From positions 1-64,000 of the forward strand of contig JBFLWF010000014.1 of NCBI GenBank assembly GCA_040758355.1: 64,000 bases of DNA, given 5' to 3'. Shown piece by piece: positions 1 to 9,309 of this stretch (position 1 is its first letter; each line of letters starts with the position of its first letter). The DNA is from Nitrospirota bacterium (GTDB lineage Bacteria > Nitrospirota > Thermodesulfovibrionia > Thermodesulfovibrionales > Dissulfurispiraceae). A program made the translations under genes and the position numbers. The notes beneath the pieces are model-generated. The model was not told the DNA's origin, made no database searches, and saw only the letters and a program-made list of their open reading frames with translations.

Positions 1-49
1 AAAGATAGCTGAACATAAAGCCCTGTGGATCGTTGATGCCTCTCATCAT
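1..49 (-). CDS. Transposase N-terminus (partial), IS5-family-like
   Basis: GGAGG SD (55-51), then MMRGINDPQGFMFSYL, resembling the MRGxDxQxxMFSY start of IS5/IS1182 transposases. Only 16 codons are visible. Confidence 0.65.
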   Translation of the reverse strand, partial: MMRGINDPQGFMFSYL

Positions 50-123
50 GCCTCCTGTGATGATGTCGTTCATCAACTATACCTTATGCGTATAAACATT
101 GGAAGTAGTTTTTCAGCAGCCTG
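1..123 (-). mobile_element. Left end of an IS5/IS1182-like insertion sequence, running off the window
   Basis: Minus strand CAGGCTGCTGAAAAAC (123-108) resembles IS5-type terminal repeats. It is flanked by TTAA (124-127) and followed by an SD and a transposase-like start. Confidence 0.7.
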
Positions 124-811
124 TTAATACACAGTCGACTATTTTAGCTACCAATTCTTTTGATGCCTTTATATTTTCGCTGTTTAACGGGTTATCAAAA
201 AGGTCTTTTACAGTAATTTTTGCATTTTCTTTGACAACAATTGTTTTTATTTTGGATTTATCCTCTTCAGAGATGTTTTCCGACTTCAATAGAGAGTTCA
301 GGTATCCCTGATAAAGTGGAATGTCGGATTTCTTGATGACAATGTCGCCCTCGGTGGTTAATACCTCCTCGCTTATTATTTCTGGGCGTTTGAGCATGGC
401 CTCCAATAGTATTGTGAAGCTGAGTTTATTCAATAAAAAAAGACTGAAGTTTACTTCCATTCCGGGGATCAGAAAAACCCTGTCTACCGGATAATGCTGC
501 TCCTTATAGAATGAGTATTCCTTAAATGTTTTAGAACCATTGTCGATGGAATCCTTTTTTGAAGGGTTATTTTGAAGATAGGAGTAAAGCGATAACCTGT
601 CTTCACCAGCAACGTATACTTTTGATATTCCCTTTTCTTTCAGGATATTTCTTGCAAGGCTCGTGAATATTGTTTCCTTGTTGAATAATGGCTTGATGTC
701 GCTTTTGTCCTCTACAAAGACATTAAATGGGAGGCGTACTCCTACAACAAGCTTATCAGCTTCTATCGGGACGTATGCATCAGCGTCTACTTCTCTATAC
801 TTTGTACCCAT
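113..811 (-). pseudogene. 5' part of a probable HD-GYP/HD-domain signalling protein, interrupted by the IS
   Basis: 232 aa ORF whose last codons (TGC*) come from the IS end. It stops where an HD-GYP domain would be expected in similar proteins (inference). Confidence 0.55.
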
Positions 812-965
812 AGGCTTTATGGCAATGGCTTCAGACTCTTTAAGATTATAAAATAGATCGAGTAAACTTTTTCAGTAAATTTTCTGTTAATTTCCTGCGG
901 CATGCAAGTCACTTTGTGAAAAAGACATGGCAATCTTTACGAATTTGTCTTTAAGTAATATATTT

Positions 966-1697
966 TTAGATTATTCTAATCGTCAGAAGCACTCCGATTA
1001 TTATTATCATAGCAGCCACATATATTTTAAATGTTTTGAGAGAAATTTTCTTCAAAAATCTTTTTCCTGCAAATGTGCCTGCAAATGCAGAGGCGGTTGT
1101 TATAAGCAAAAGCAATCCATTATCCGTAAGCACGTCCCTGTTGCTGAAGATATAAACAGGTATCCTTGTAACATCCACAACAGATGCAATAATCGCTGCC
1201 GTTGCTACGAATGTCTCTTTCGGTATATTGTAATTCAGCAGATATGCGCTTCTGATAGCGCCTTGATTTCCGACAAAGCCTCCAAGAAGACCTGATAGAA
1301 AACCTCCGATAAAATCTATCTTTTGCGGAAGCCTCAGTTTTTCTCCAAATCCGGTTGCCTCTTTTAAGCCGAGGAATATCAAAATTATGCCGAGCAAAAT
1401 TTTCACTCCAGATGAGTCCATTTTGCCCTGAAAAAATGCGCCTATAAATGCTCCAATCAGCGTCAAAATACCAAAGCGTTTTAAAATATCGATGCTTATA
1501 TGTCTGCTGAATAGAGAGATTTTCAGGAGATTGTTCGAGAGATGCACGACAGCTACTATCAGAATGGCAATCTTTACATCGTAGAATATGAGAAATACAG
1601 GAGTAAGAATTGTGCCCAGTCCGAACCCTGTCATAAGTGTCAGGGCTGCCGATAAAAATGCAGCGAGGATTGGAATCAAGACATTTATTTCGATCAT
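966..1697 (-). CDS. Sulfite exporter TauE/SafE family membrane protein
   Basis: Hydrophobic 243 aa with duplicated GFGLG and GGFLSGLLGGFVGNQG motifs. Confidence 0.85.
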   Translation of the reverse strand: MIEINVLIPILAAFLSAALTLMTGFGLGTILTPVFLIFYDVKIAILIVAVVHLSNNLLKISLFSRHISIDILKRFGILTLIGAFIGAFFQGKMDSSGVKILLGIILIFLGLKEATGFGEKLRLPQKIDFIGGFLSGLLGGFVGNQGAIRSAYLLNYNIPKETFVATAAIIASVVDVTRIPVYIFSNRDVLTDNGLLLLITTASAFAGTFAGKRFLKKISLKTFKIYVAAMIIIIGVLLTIRII

Positions 1698-1990
1698 GCC
1701 ATTACCTCTTCTGTAAGTTCATTTATTTTTTCTTTAATCTTTGATAGGGTTCTAACCCCTTTGGATGTTATTTTGTAATACTTTCTTATTTTCCCGCCAA
1801 CATTTTCTGCATATGACTTCAAAAGACCTTCCTCCTCAAGTTTGTGAAGTATCGGATAGAGTGTTCCCGGACTTAGCTTATACCCGTGCCTGCCAAGCTC
1901 CTCAATAAGCCATAATCCATAGACAGGCTCTTTCGCTGCATGATGCAGGATATGAATCTTTATAAAACCTAAAAAGAAGTCTCTAATCAT
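1694..1990 (-). CDS. PadR family transcriptional regulator
   Basis: YGLWLIEEL...SPGTLYPILHKLEEEG...RKYYKIT PadR signature. Confidence 0.92.
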   Translation of the reverse strand: MIRDFFLGFIKIHILHHAAKEPVYGLWLIEELGRHGYKLSPGTLYPILHKLEEEGLLKSYAENVGGKIRKYYKITSKGVRTLSKIKEKINELTEEVMA

Positions 1991-2026
1991 TTTTATATTT
2001 ATTTTTAAGTTTATTTTCGTTTATTA

Positions 2027-2041
2027 TATCGTAATTCGATA
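2027..2041. promoter_or_regulatory. Candidate PadR operator between divergent padR and chrA
   Basis: Palindrome TATCG-TAATT-CGATA. Confidence 0.45.
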
Positions 2042-2077
2042 ACGAAATGCAATAATATTCAACACTGGAGGCATTAA

Positions 2078-3256
2078 ATGAGCGATGGTCATCATAAAGG
2101 TAAAAATAGCATCGTAGAACTAATTAAATTGTTCGTCAAACTGGGAACGATAGCATTTGGCGGACCTGCAGCGCATATCGCCATGATGGAGGAAGAGGTG
2201 GTGCATCGCAGGAAATGGATAACGAGGGAGCATTTCCTTGACCTTGTGGGAGCAACAAACCTCATACCGGGTCCTAACTCAACGGAGATGGCGATCCATA
2301 TTGGGTATATCAGGGCAGGGCTGTCAGGTCTCATTGTTTCAGGTCTCTCATTCATCCTGCCTGCCGTGATTATTACGGGTGTCTTTGCATGGATGTACGT
2401 CAGCTTTGGCTCTGTCCCTCAAGTAGCACCTTTTCTTTTTGGTGTGAAGCCGGCAGTTGTTTCCATTATCCTCATAGCTGTTATCCGCATGGGCAGGACT
2501 GCGGCAAAGAATATGCAATTAACAATCATAGGGATAGCTGTTGCCATAGCATCTCTCTCAGGGGCAAATGAGATACTGGCATTGCTCTCTGGCGGTGTCA
2601 GCGGGATCGTTCTTCACAGGATGAGGGGATCGGAGAACAAAAAGGCAACAGGATGGATTATTCCACTATTGAGCATATTAAAAGGCAGTGATGTAAAGGC
2701 GGCAGTTGCAGCCTCAGCCGCAGGTGTTACAGGTGTATCCCTCTCGAAATTAGGATTGTTCTTTCTCAAGATAGGGGCGGTCCTCTATGGAAGCGGCTAT
2801 GTCCTTGTCGCATTCCTGGAAGGCGGGCTGGTAAATGACTATGGATGGCTCACACAGCAGCAGTTACTTGATGCCATTGCCATCGGGCAGTTCACTCCCG
2901 GCCCTGTTTTGAGCACTGCCACCTTTGTTGGCTATGTTGTTTCAGGAATTCCTGGCGCTATAGTATCTACGATTGCTATTTTTCTTCCATCTTTTATATT
3001 TGTATTGATACTGAACCCGGTTATACCTCGCCTGAGGGCATCAAGGATAATGTCAGCATTTCTCGATGCCGTGAATGTCAGCGCCATTGGTCTAATGGCG
3101 GCTGTTGTCATCCAGCTTGCCAGCTCAACGCTTATAGATTGGAGAGGGATTTTTATAGCCTTGGCCGCTACCATAGCAGGGATACGTTATAGGTTAAATG
3201 CGGCATGGCTGGTAGCCGGTGGAGCAGTTGCTGGATGGGTTTTAAGGGTTATTTGA
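2078..3256 (+). CDS. chrA: Chromate efflux transporter (long-chain CHR)
   Basis: Two CHR halves: FGGPAAHIA...PGPNS and YGSGYVL...GQFTPGP. Confidence 0.93.
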   Translation: MSDGHHKGKNSIVELIKLFVKLGTIAFGGPAAHIAMMEEEVVHRRKWITREHFLDLVGATNLIPGPNSTEMAIHIGYIRAGLSGLIVSGLSFILPAVIITGVFAWMYVSFGSVPQVAPFLFGVKPAVVSIILIAVIRMGRTAAKNMQLTIIGIAVAIASLSGANEILALLSGGVSGIVLHRMRGSENKKATGWIIPLLSILKGSDVKAAVAASAAGVTGVSLSKLGLFFLKIGAVLYGSGYVLVAFLEGGLVNDYGWLTQQQLLDAIAIGQFTPGPVLSTATFVGYVVSGIPGAIVSTIAIFLPSFIFVLILNPVIPRLRASRIMSAFLDAVNVSAIGLMAAVVIQLASSTLIDWRGIFIALAATIAGIRYRLNAAWLVAGGAVAGWVLRVI

Positions 3257-3257
3257 A

Positions 3258-3277
3258 GGGGCAGGACAACCTGCCCC
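3258..3277. terminator. Hairpin between convergent chrA and cytochrome genes
   Basis: GGGGCAGG-ACAA-CCTGCCCC, perfect 8 bp stem. Confidence 0.6.
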
Positions 3278-3303
3278 GCTTAGATGTTTACAATCCTTCT
3301 ACA

Positions 3304-5202
3304 TTAATGGCATTTGCCGCAGGCATTTGTATAAGGTATGGGCATGGCCTTTCCGGGGTCGATGTCTTTGACTCCAACATTATCCTTTCTCGGCACATCA
3401 AACAGGTGGGAAGTGATATCATTCATCCAGTAGTTTTTGCCGTCTTTTCTCACAAGACCTTTGCCAAGTCCAGCACCTGTCATCATGGTCTTTGTTGCAT
3501 GGCAATCAACACAGTTGATCTTGCCCTTCTCTGCAATGCCTATCGTTGCCAACATATGCTTCTTAACATCAGCATTTGCTTTGTGACAGTTTGAGCAGAG
3601 TGAATCTTTTTCATCTCTTACCTCTGCCCTCATCTGGTGTTTGAGTCCAGTCATTCCGTGAGGGTCATGGCAGTCGGCACATGATAAGAGTTGATTGCCG
3701 TTCCTGTACTTCTTTGACTTTATCAAGTCTGTATACTGCTGGTGGTGTGATTTTGAGTGTATACCATCAGGCCAGTAATCCTTCTTTGCAGCATCCTCCC
3801 GTGTTGTGTAGTTTGTCAGATAATCATTCCTGCTTGTGCCCGGAATCATCATCTTGTTGTCTTTATTCACAGGCTGGTCGTTGTTGAGATTTCCCTGAGG
3901 CCTGCTGTGGCACTGCCCACAGATTACAGAAGCCCTCTCTGTTGATAGTTTGCCCGGGCTGACTATAGTTGATGCCTTATTTGCTTTTGAAGCCTTTACG
4001 TGGGCAGAGCCGGGGCCGTGGCATGTCTCGCAACCTATGTTTAACTCATTAGGTATGCCGTCGCCGTCGATATCAGCCTCGCCGTTGGGGTCGTTTACGG
4101 CACCCGCAATATATGCACCTTCAGGGGTCTTTGTGAGTGTGTATCCGGTGTAATGGCAGGATGCGCATTCCTTCTCAAAGGACTTTGCTATTGGGGGGTC
4201 GCTCAACTTCTTTGTCTGTTCATTATACAGCCAGTCGCCATGATAGTCCCTGAAAGCCTTTCTTGTTCTGTCGTCGTAGCTATCATCTCCGTTTGGATTG
4301 TACTGGACGAATGGGAATAGGTTCTTGCCGACCCTGTAAAGGTATCTCTGCTTGTAGAGGCCTCCGCCGTAAGTCATTTCCACGGCATACGTCCTTGCGG
4401 GGTCTGAAGCGTCTTTCATGTTCTCTGTTTTAAATTTGATTTTTCCGTCCGCATCTTTGAAAAATGTAGCCGTAAAGCTTACTGATGCGGGGTCGGAAGG
4501 AGCCTTTTCCGAGATCATGTATTTGTCGAAACTCCTGCTTTTGTCGAAGTTGTAAAAGTAGAGTTTCGTTCCTGCCATGAGTTTTTTAAGGCCGTTGTCG
4601 AAATCAGGAAATCTCGATACATCCTGAAGTTTGCTGTCATGTCCTGCGACACGAATGCCGAGTTTGTGAAGGGTCTTCTTTTCGCTCTCATACGCCTTAT
4701 GGCATGTCAGGCATTTTGATGTCCCTACATATGTCGCATCGGCAGGCACATTGCCTGATACGAGTATCTTTATAGGTTTGCCTTTGAACTCCGCTGTTGA
4801 TACGGCCTTGTTTGACATATCACCGCCGGGCAAATGTTCTTTATCCGATGGTTCTACATAGATGAAGTATTTGCCGTCTGCAACATCCGAAATCTTGAAG
4901 TTTCCCTTCTTGTCTGTGGTTGCCTTCTGGTATTTATCCCTGTTTGCAGCTAAACTGTCCTCGAGGGGCTCATCATTTTTAGAGTCCCTTTTAATCTCTG
5001 TCGGTGTCTTTGCCATGGCCTCAACATCGGATGATGGGATGAGATATACTGTTGCATTCTCAACAGTCTGTCCCGATGCGTCCTGAACTACCCCCTTAAG
5101 GGTATTGTCTCCTGCCCTTTTTCCTTCTGCCTGCGTACCGTAGACTATCAGTCCCAGTGCACTGAAAGAAATGAGCAGTAATAATAAAATCTTCCGGTTC
5201 AT
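3304..5202 (-). CDS. Periplasmic octaheme cytochrome c with N-terminal carboxypeptidase-regulatory-like domain
   Basis: Signal peptide and eight CXXCH motifs (CLTCH, CASCH, CETCH, CGQCH, CADCH, CSNCH, CVDCH, CGKCH). Confidence 0.9.
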   Translation of the reverse strand: MNRKILLLLLISFSALGLIVYGTQAEGKRAGDNTLKGVVQDASGQTVENATVYLIPSSDVEAMAKTPTEIKRDSKNDEPLEDSLAANRDKYQKATTDKKGNFKISDVADGKYFIYVEPSDKEHLPGGDMSNKAVSTAEFKGKPIKILVSGNVPADATYVGTSKCLTCHKAYESEKKTLHKLGIRVAGHDSKLQDVSRFPDFDNGLKKLMAGTKLYFYNFDKSRSFDKYMISEKAPSDPASVSFTATFFKDADGKIKFKTENMKDASDPARTYAVEMTYGGGLYKQRYLYRVGKNLFPFVQYNPNGDDSYDDRTRKAFRDYHGDWLYNEQTKKLSDPPIAKSFEKECASCHYTGYTLTKTPEGAYIAGAVNDPNGEADIDGDGIPNELNIGCETCHGPGSAHVKASKANKASTIVSPGKLSTERASVICGQCHSRPQGNLNNDQPVNKDNKMMIPGTSRNDYLTNYTTREDAAKKDYWPDGIHSKSHHQQYTDLIKSKKYRNGNQLLSCADCHDPHGMTGLKHQMRAEVRDEKDSLCSNCHKANADVKKHMLATIGIAEKGKINCVDCHATKTMMTGAGLGKGLVRKDGKNYWMNDITSHLFDVPRKDNVGVKDIDPGKAMPIPYTNACGKCH

Positions 5203-5250
5203 TTTGTTCCTCCTTGTTTTGAATATTAAACAATTTTTGGATAATGTTAT

Positions 5251-5266
5251 AGCTATTTTTATGCCA
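5251..5266 (-). promoter_or_regulatory. Sigma54 (-24/-12) promoter for the octaheme cytochrome
   Basis: Minus strand TGGCATAAAAATAGCT = GG-N10-GC, about 50 bp upstream of the ATG. Confidence 0.7.
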
Positions 5267-5387
5267 GTAGTAAAAATTCTTATAAATCAGCAAGATATAA
5301 AGAGGGTGTTTCTGCTGGAGAGATTTAAAAAGACGCATTAATATAATGATAAACTGTTTAACTTTCTGAAAATAAAGGAATAAACGG

Positions 5388-5405
5388 TGCTGTCAAGATG
5401 ACGCA
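5388..5405. promoter_or_regulatory. Candidate upstream activator sequence for the sigma54 activator
   Basis: Imperfect palindrome TGCTGTCAAGATGACGCA about 120-140 bp upstream of the -24 element. Confidence 0.45.
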
Positions 5406-5409
5406 GTTG

Positions 5410-6762
5410 TTAGTCTTTATGCTCTGTGGAAACTATCCCGTATTTTCTCATGAGCCTCTGAAGGTTTGCCCTGTCGAGTTTTAGTTTTTCAGCAGCCTTT
5501 GTGACATTACCGCTGGTTTCCTTTAAGGTGCATGATATGAAATTTTGATTGAATTCATCGATCATCCTTTTCTTTGCTTCGCTGTAAGATAGGCTGTTGT
5601 CGATTTTTTTGCATACGGTATCCTTAACCTCTGAGGGTAAATCATCTGGCATAACAGTTTCCGATGATGCGAAGACCACCAGCCTTTCAATCATGTTTTC
5701 GAGTTCCCTTACATTTCCGGGCCAGTTGTAGTTCATCAACATATCTATGGTTGAGGGATGCATTTGTTTTCTTCCCTTTAGGAAGTGTTCTATCAAAAGA
5801 GGGATATCTTCCTTTCTTTCCCTGAGAGGAGGGATATTGAGGGGGAATACATTTATGCGGTAAAAGAGGTCTTCCCTGAATGTGTTTTCATCTATAAGTT
5901 TCCGCAGGTTTCTGCTCGTAGCAGTGATTATCCTGACATCTACCTCTATTTCTCTATTATCACCCAGTTTTCTGATCTTTTTGTCTTCTATGACGCGAAG
6001 TAGTTTTGCCTGAACAGACGGGCTCGTATCAGCAATCTCATCGAGGAAAAGGGTTCCTCCATTGGCATACTCAAATAGTCCCTGCTTGTTTTCTGTTGCA
6101 CCTGTAAATGCGCCTTTTGTGTGTCCGAAGAGCTCGCTTTCCAGAAGAGTGTCAGGGAGTGCGCTGCAGTTTATGGCAACGAAGTTCTTATCTTTTCGTT
6201 TGCCGGAAAAATGGATTGCCCTTGCAACGAGTTCCTTTCCTGTACCGCTCTCTCCGATAAGCAGTGCGGTTGCATCGCTGTCTGCCACTCTCTCTATGAG
6301 ATTAAATATATTCTGCATGGCAGGGGATTTGCCAATTATGTTATGAAAATTGTATCTCTTTGAAAGCTCTGCACGGAGGTATTTGTTTTCTTCTGCAAGT
6401 CTTCTTTTTTCAAGCACCCTTTTTATAGAAAGGAGGAGGTCGTCATTCTGAAACGGCTTTACTATGTAATCATAAGCACCTTTTTTCATTGCCTCTACAG
6501 CGTTGTCAACAGATGCAAAGGCGGTCATCACTATCACATCCACATCTGGATTGATCCTCTTTATCTCTGCGAGAAGCTCCAGGCCGTTCATTTCCGGCAT
6601 GTAGAAGTCTGTTATGACAAGGTCGAAATTGTCTCCTTTAAAGGCGCTTAATGCATTTTGAGGGCTATTTTCGGCTACGACATTAAACCCTTCTTTCTGA
6701 AGAATCCTTGCAAGCAGGTGGCATGTACCCTGATCATCGTCAATGACCAATATACGTGTCAT
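5410..6762 (-). CDS. Sigma54-dependent response regulator (NtrC family)
   Basis: REC domain, GESGTGKE, GAFTGA, C-terminal Fis-type HTH. Confidence 0.95.
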   Translation of the reverse strand: MTRILVIDDDQGTCHLLARILQKEGFNVVAENSPQNALSAFKGDNFDLVITDFYMPEMNGLELLAEIKRINPDVDVIVMTAFASVDNAVEAMKKGAYDYIVKPFQNDDLLLSIKRVLEKRRLAEENKYLRAELSKRYNFHNIIGKSPAMQNIFNLIERVADSDATALLIGESGTGKELVARAIHFSGKRKDKNFVAINCSALPDTLLESELFGHTKGAFTGATENKQGLFEYANGGTLFLDEIADTSPSVQAKLLRVIEDKKIRKLGDNREIEVDVRIITATSRNLRKLIDENTFREDLFYRINVFPLNIPPLRERKEDIPLLIEHFLKGRKQMHPSTIDMLMNYNWPGNVRELENMIERLVVFASSETVMPDDLPSEVKDTVCKKIDNSLSYSEAKKRMIDEFNQNFISCTLKETSGNVTKAAEKLKLDRANLQRLMRKYGIVSTEHKD

Positions 6763-8375
6763 CTGTTCGCCTCATCGGTGGTCTCAAAAGGTGCTTCACG
6801 GTCGTCCGTAAGTGTTCGCGAAGGCAGGAATATCCTGAATATCGAGCCTCTGCCGGCATCGCTCTCCACATATATTTCTCCTGCGTGCTCTTTTATTATG
6901 CCGTATGATATGGAGAGACCCAATCCTGTGCCGTCTTTCTTTGTAGTGTAAAACGGTTGAAATATCTTTTTCCGGTCTTCCTCGGGAATGCCTGCACCGG
7001 TGTCTGATATGACTGCCTCGACTCCTCCGTTTGCGTTTCTTGTCATTATTTTCAGTTCCCCGCCTTCCGGCATGGCCTGCACTGCATTGAGGATAATGTT
7101 AAGAAAAACCTGCTTTAATTGCAAGTGGTCGGCCTCTATCAGGACGAGTTTAGTATCCATGTCCTTTTTAATGACTATCTTTTTCATTGAAGGCTGGTAT
7201 TCTATGAGCGATAGTGTTTCGTTGATCATATTATTTATGTCTGTCAGTCTTTCTTCGTGTTTTTGTGGTTTTGCAAAATTAAGGAGTCCCTGAACGATTT
7301 TCTTGCATCTCATAGCCTCCTGCTCAATAACTTTCAGATCTCCTTTTATCGGACTGTCATCATCCATTTCGGAAATTGTCAACTGTACAAATCCAATGAT
7401 AGTATTAAGGGGCGTGCTTATCTCATGCGAGACGCCTGCTGCCAATGTGCCGATGGCTGCAAGGGTTTCTGCCCTTACCATGTTTTCCTGTGTGAGTCTC
7501 AGCTTCTCGGTCGCTTCTTTCACCTTTTTCTCAAGCTCCTCATTAAAACCCTGAAGTGTATGGAGCAGCCTGTCCTTCTCTTTATTCATATTGCTCAGTT
7601 TCTCTGTCATATCATTAAATGCTTTCGCCATGAAACCTATTTCATCTCTCGTATTTACATCCACCCTTTGCGAAAAATCTCCAGACGCTATCTTCTGGAT
7701 TCCTGTTATCAGCGAGTTTACTGGTGTGGTAATGCCTCTGATTACGGCAATGAATATAATCAGGGAAAATATAAGTGTCAGGAATATGGTTGCAAAAATG
7801 GCTATCTGTGAGCGCTTTATAAGGATGTTCCTCTTGTTTTTTATTTCATCTCTCATCTTGTCTGCTGCATGCCTCACCTTCTCAAGAAGCCCTGTTATAG
7901 TATTGCCCTTCAGCGTTGCGGCGTTTTCGAGTATCCTCATCTGGGTCCTGTCGTTTGTCGTTATGAGAATGCTCATATCCTGTTTATACTGCTTTATGTG
8001 GTTTTCGATTTCGGAGAATATCCCTGAGAGTGAGGTCAGCCTTTCCTCTATTTTAGAGTGGCACTGCATGCAAGCTATGTCCCGGTGATGGGAAGAATAC
8101 TGTTTCGATAAAAAATCCATGTTGTCGTCAAAAGATTCTATATAATTGACAAGGTCGTCTATATTGCGGGAATAGCCTGCCTGATGCCTGTAAAGTTCGG
8201 ACTGAGCGCCTTTCATCTGAAAAAGCATTTCGTTGTATTTGCCTATTATCACGTCCTGCTCGTTGATGAGCTTCTGGTTTGCAACGATATTGTCGAGATT
8301 TTTTATTACCACTATTGCGCTTATGGCGGATATTAAAAACACAAGACCGAGTCCTAATAGTAATTTCTTTTTCAT
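6759..8375 (-). CDS. Sensor histidine kinase (HAMP, HisKA, HATPase) with periplasmic CXXCH
   Basis: Two TM helices flank CMQCH; H-box SHEISTPL; G-box GTGLGL. Confidence 0.93.
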   Translation of the reverse strand: MKKKLLLGLGLVFLISAISAIVVIKNLDNIVANQKLINEQDVIIGKYNEMLFQMKGAQSELYRHQAGYSRNIDDLVNYIESFDDNMDFLSKQYSSHHRDIACMQCHSKIEERLTSLSGIFSEIENHIKQYKQDMSILITTNDRTQMRILENAATLKGNTITGLLEKVRHAADKMRDEIKNKRNILIKRSQIAIFATIFLTLIFSLIIFIAVIRGITTPVNSLITGIQKIASGDFSQRVDVNTRDEIGFMAKAFNDMTEKLSNMNKEKDRLLHTLQGFNEELEKKVKEATEKLRLTQENMVRAETLAAIGTLAAGVSHEISTPLNTIIGFVQLTISEMDDDSPIKGDLKVIEQEAMRCKKIVQGLLNFAKPQKHEERLTDINNMINETLSLIEYQPSMKKIVIKKDMDTKLVLIEADHLQLKQVFLNIILNAVQAMPEGGELKIMTRNANGGVEAVISDTGAGIPEEDRKKIFQPFYTTKKDGTGLGLSISYGIIKEHAGEIYVESDAGRGSIFRIFLPSRTLTDDREAPFETTDEANR

Positions 8376-9292
8376 CTGTTGCCCCTGAACGGGTATGACT
8401 TGATGTCTATACCTATATCCTTTGCCATCTGCCTGAGGGCATCGAATTCGGAGTCCGCTGTCTCTACGAACTTCGATGCGTTCAATGCCTGAAGAGCGGT
8501 TTTGCCATCGGCATTGTGATGCATTGATAATAAGGACTTTTTCAGTGACTCTTTTGTTTTACTGTCCATGCCGCTCCTCAGGCAAAGACTGTTGGAAGGC
8601 ACCGCTACGGAGCTGGCGAGTATGACTATGTCATTTTTTATTGCGGGATTTTCGGAAAGCATTTTTTGAAGTATTAAATCCTTTGCCGCCCCGATATCCG
8701 CCTGCCCTTTAAAGACGGATAGTATGGCCGCGTCATGGCTTCCTGAAAAGATAAGCCTGCTGAAGTAGCTGTCAAAGCTTACGACCCCATGTTTTTTCAG
8801 ATACCATGCAGGAAATACGTATCCTGCCGTTGTTACCTCATGCACAAGCGCGATCCTTTTGTCCTTCCATGTTTTCACGTCTGCGGTCAGGCCGGTGTCC
8901 TTTCTTGTGAATATGATGCCTTTATATTTGGAATTCCCGTTGGTCTCCATGGCACGGGCTACAGGTTCTATATCGGCCCTCGCCTTTGTCAGGACATAAT
9001 TAAAGCTTCCAAAAAAGGCGCCGTCTATGGTTTTGTTTTTAATTTCATCGTAGATGGAGCCGTAGCTGTCGAGCAGCTTTATTTTTACGTTCATATTGAG
9101 ACTTTTCGACAGGTACTCCGCAAGGGGCTTGTATCGTTTTTTCTGTTCGAAGACGTTTTGTTCAGGCAGTATGGCGATGGTAAAGGTGCTTTCTCTGATG
9201 TTTTTAGGTTCTACCTTAGCTATATCTTCGGGCTTCTGGCTGCATGAAACAGCAAGCAGACATAGGGTTATTGCAACAGAAATAAAGCGCAT
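8372..9292 (-). CDS. PhnD/AioX-like oxyanion-binding lipoprotein
   Basis: Lipobox LAVSC and TTAGYVFP...GSHDAAILSV motifs. Overlaps the kinase start; no ABC permease nearby. Confidence 0.85.
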   Translation of the reverse strand: MRFISVAITLCLLAVSCSQKPEDIAKVEPKNIRESTFTIAILPEQNVFEQKKRYKPLAEYLSKSLNMNVKIKLLDSYGSIYDEIKNKTIDGAFFGSFNYVLTKARADIEPVARAMETNGNSKYKGIIFTRKDTGLTADVKTWKDKRIALVHEVTTAGYVFPAWYLKKHGVVSFDSYFSRLIFSGSHDAAILSVFKGQADIGAAKDLILQKMLSENPAIKNDIVILASSVAVPSNSLCLRSGMDSKTKESLKKSLLSMHHNADGKTALQALNASKFVETADSEFDALRQMAKDIGIDIKSYPFRGNR

Positions 9293-9309
9293 GATTCATT
9301 ATAACAAAC

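Noticed and set aside
113..118. Selenocysteine readthrough at Cys-TGA
   Set aside because: These codons belong to the putative IS terminal repeat.
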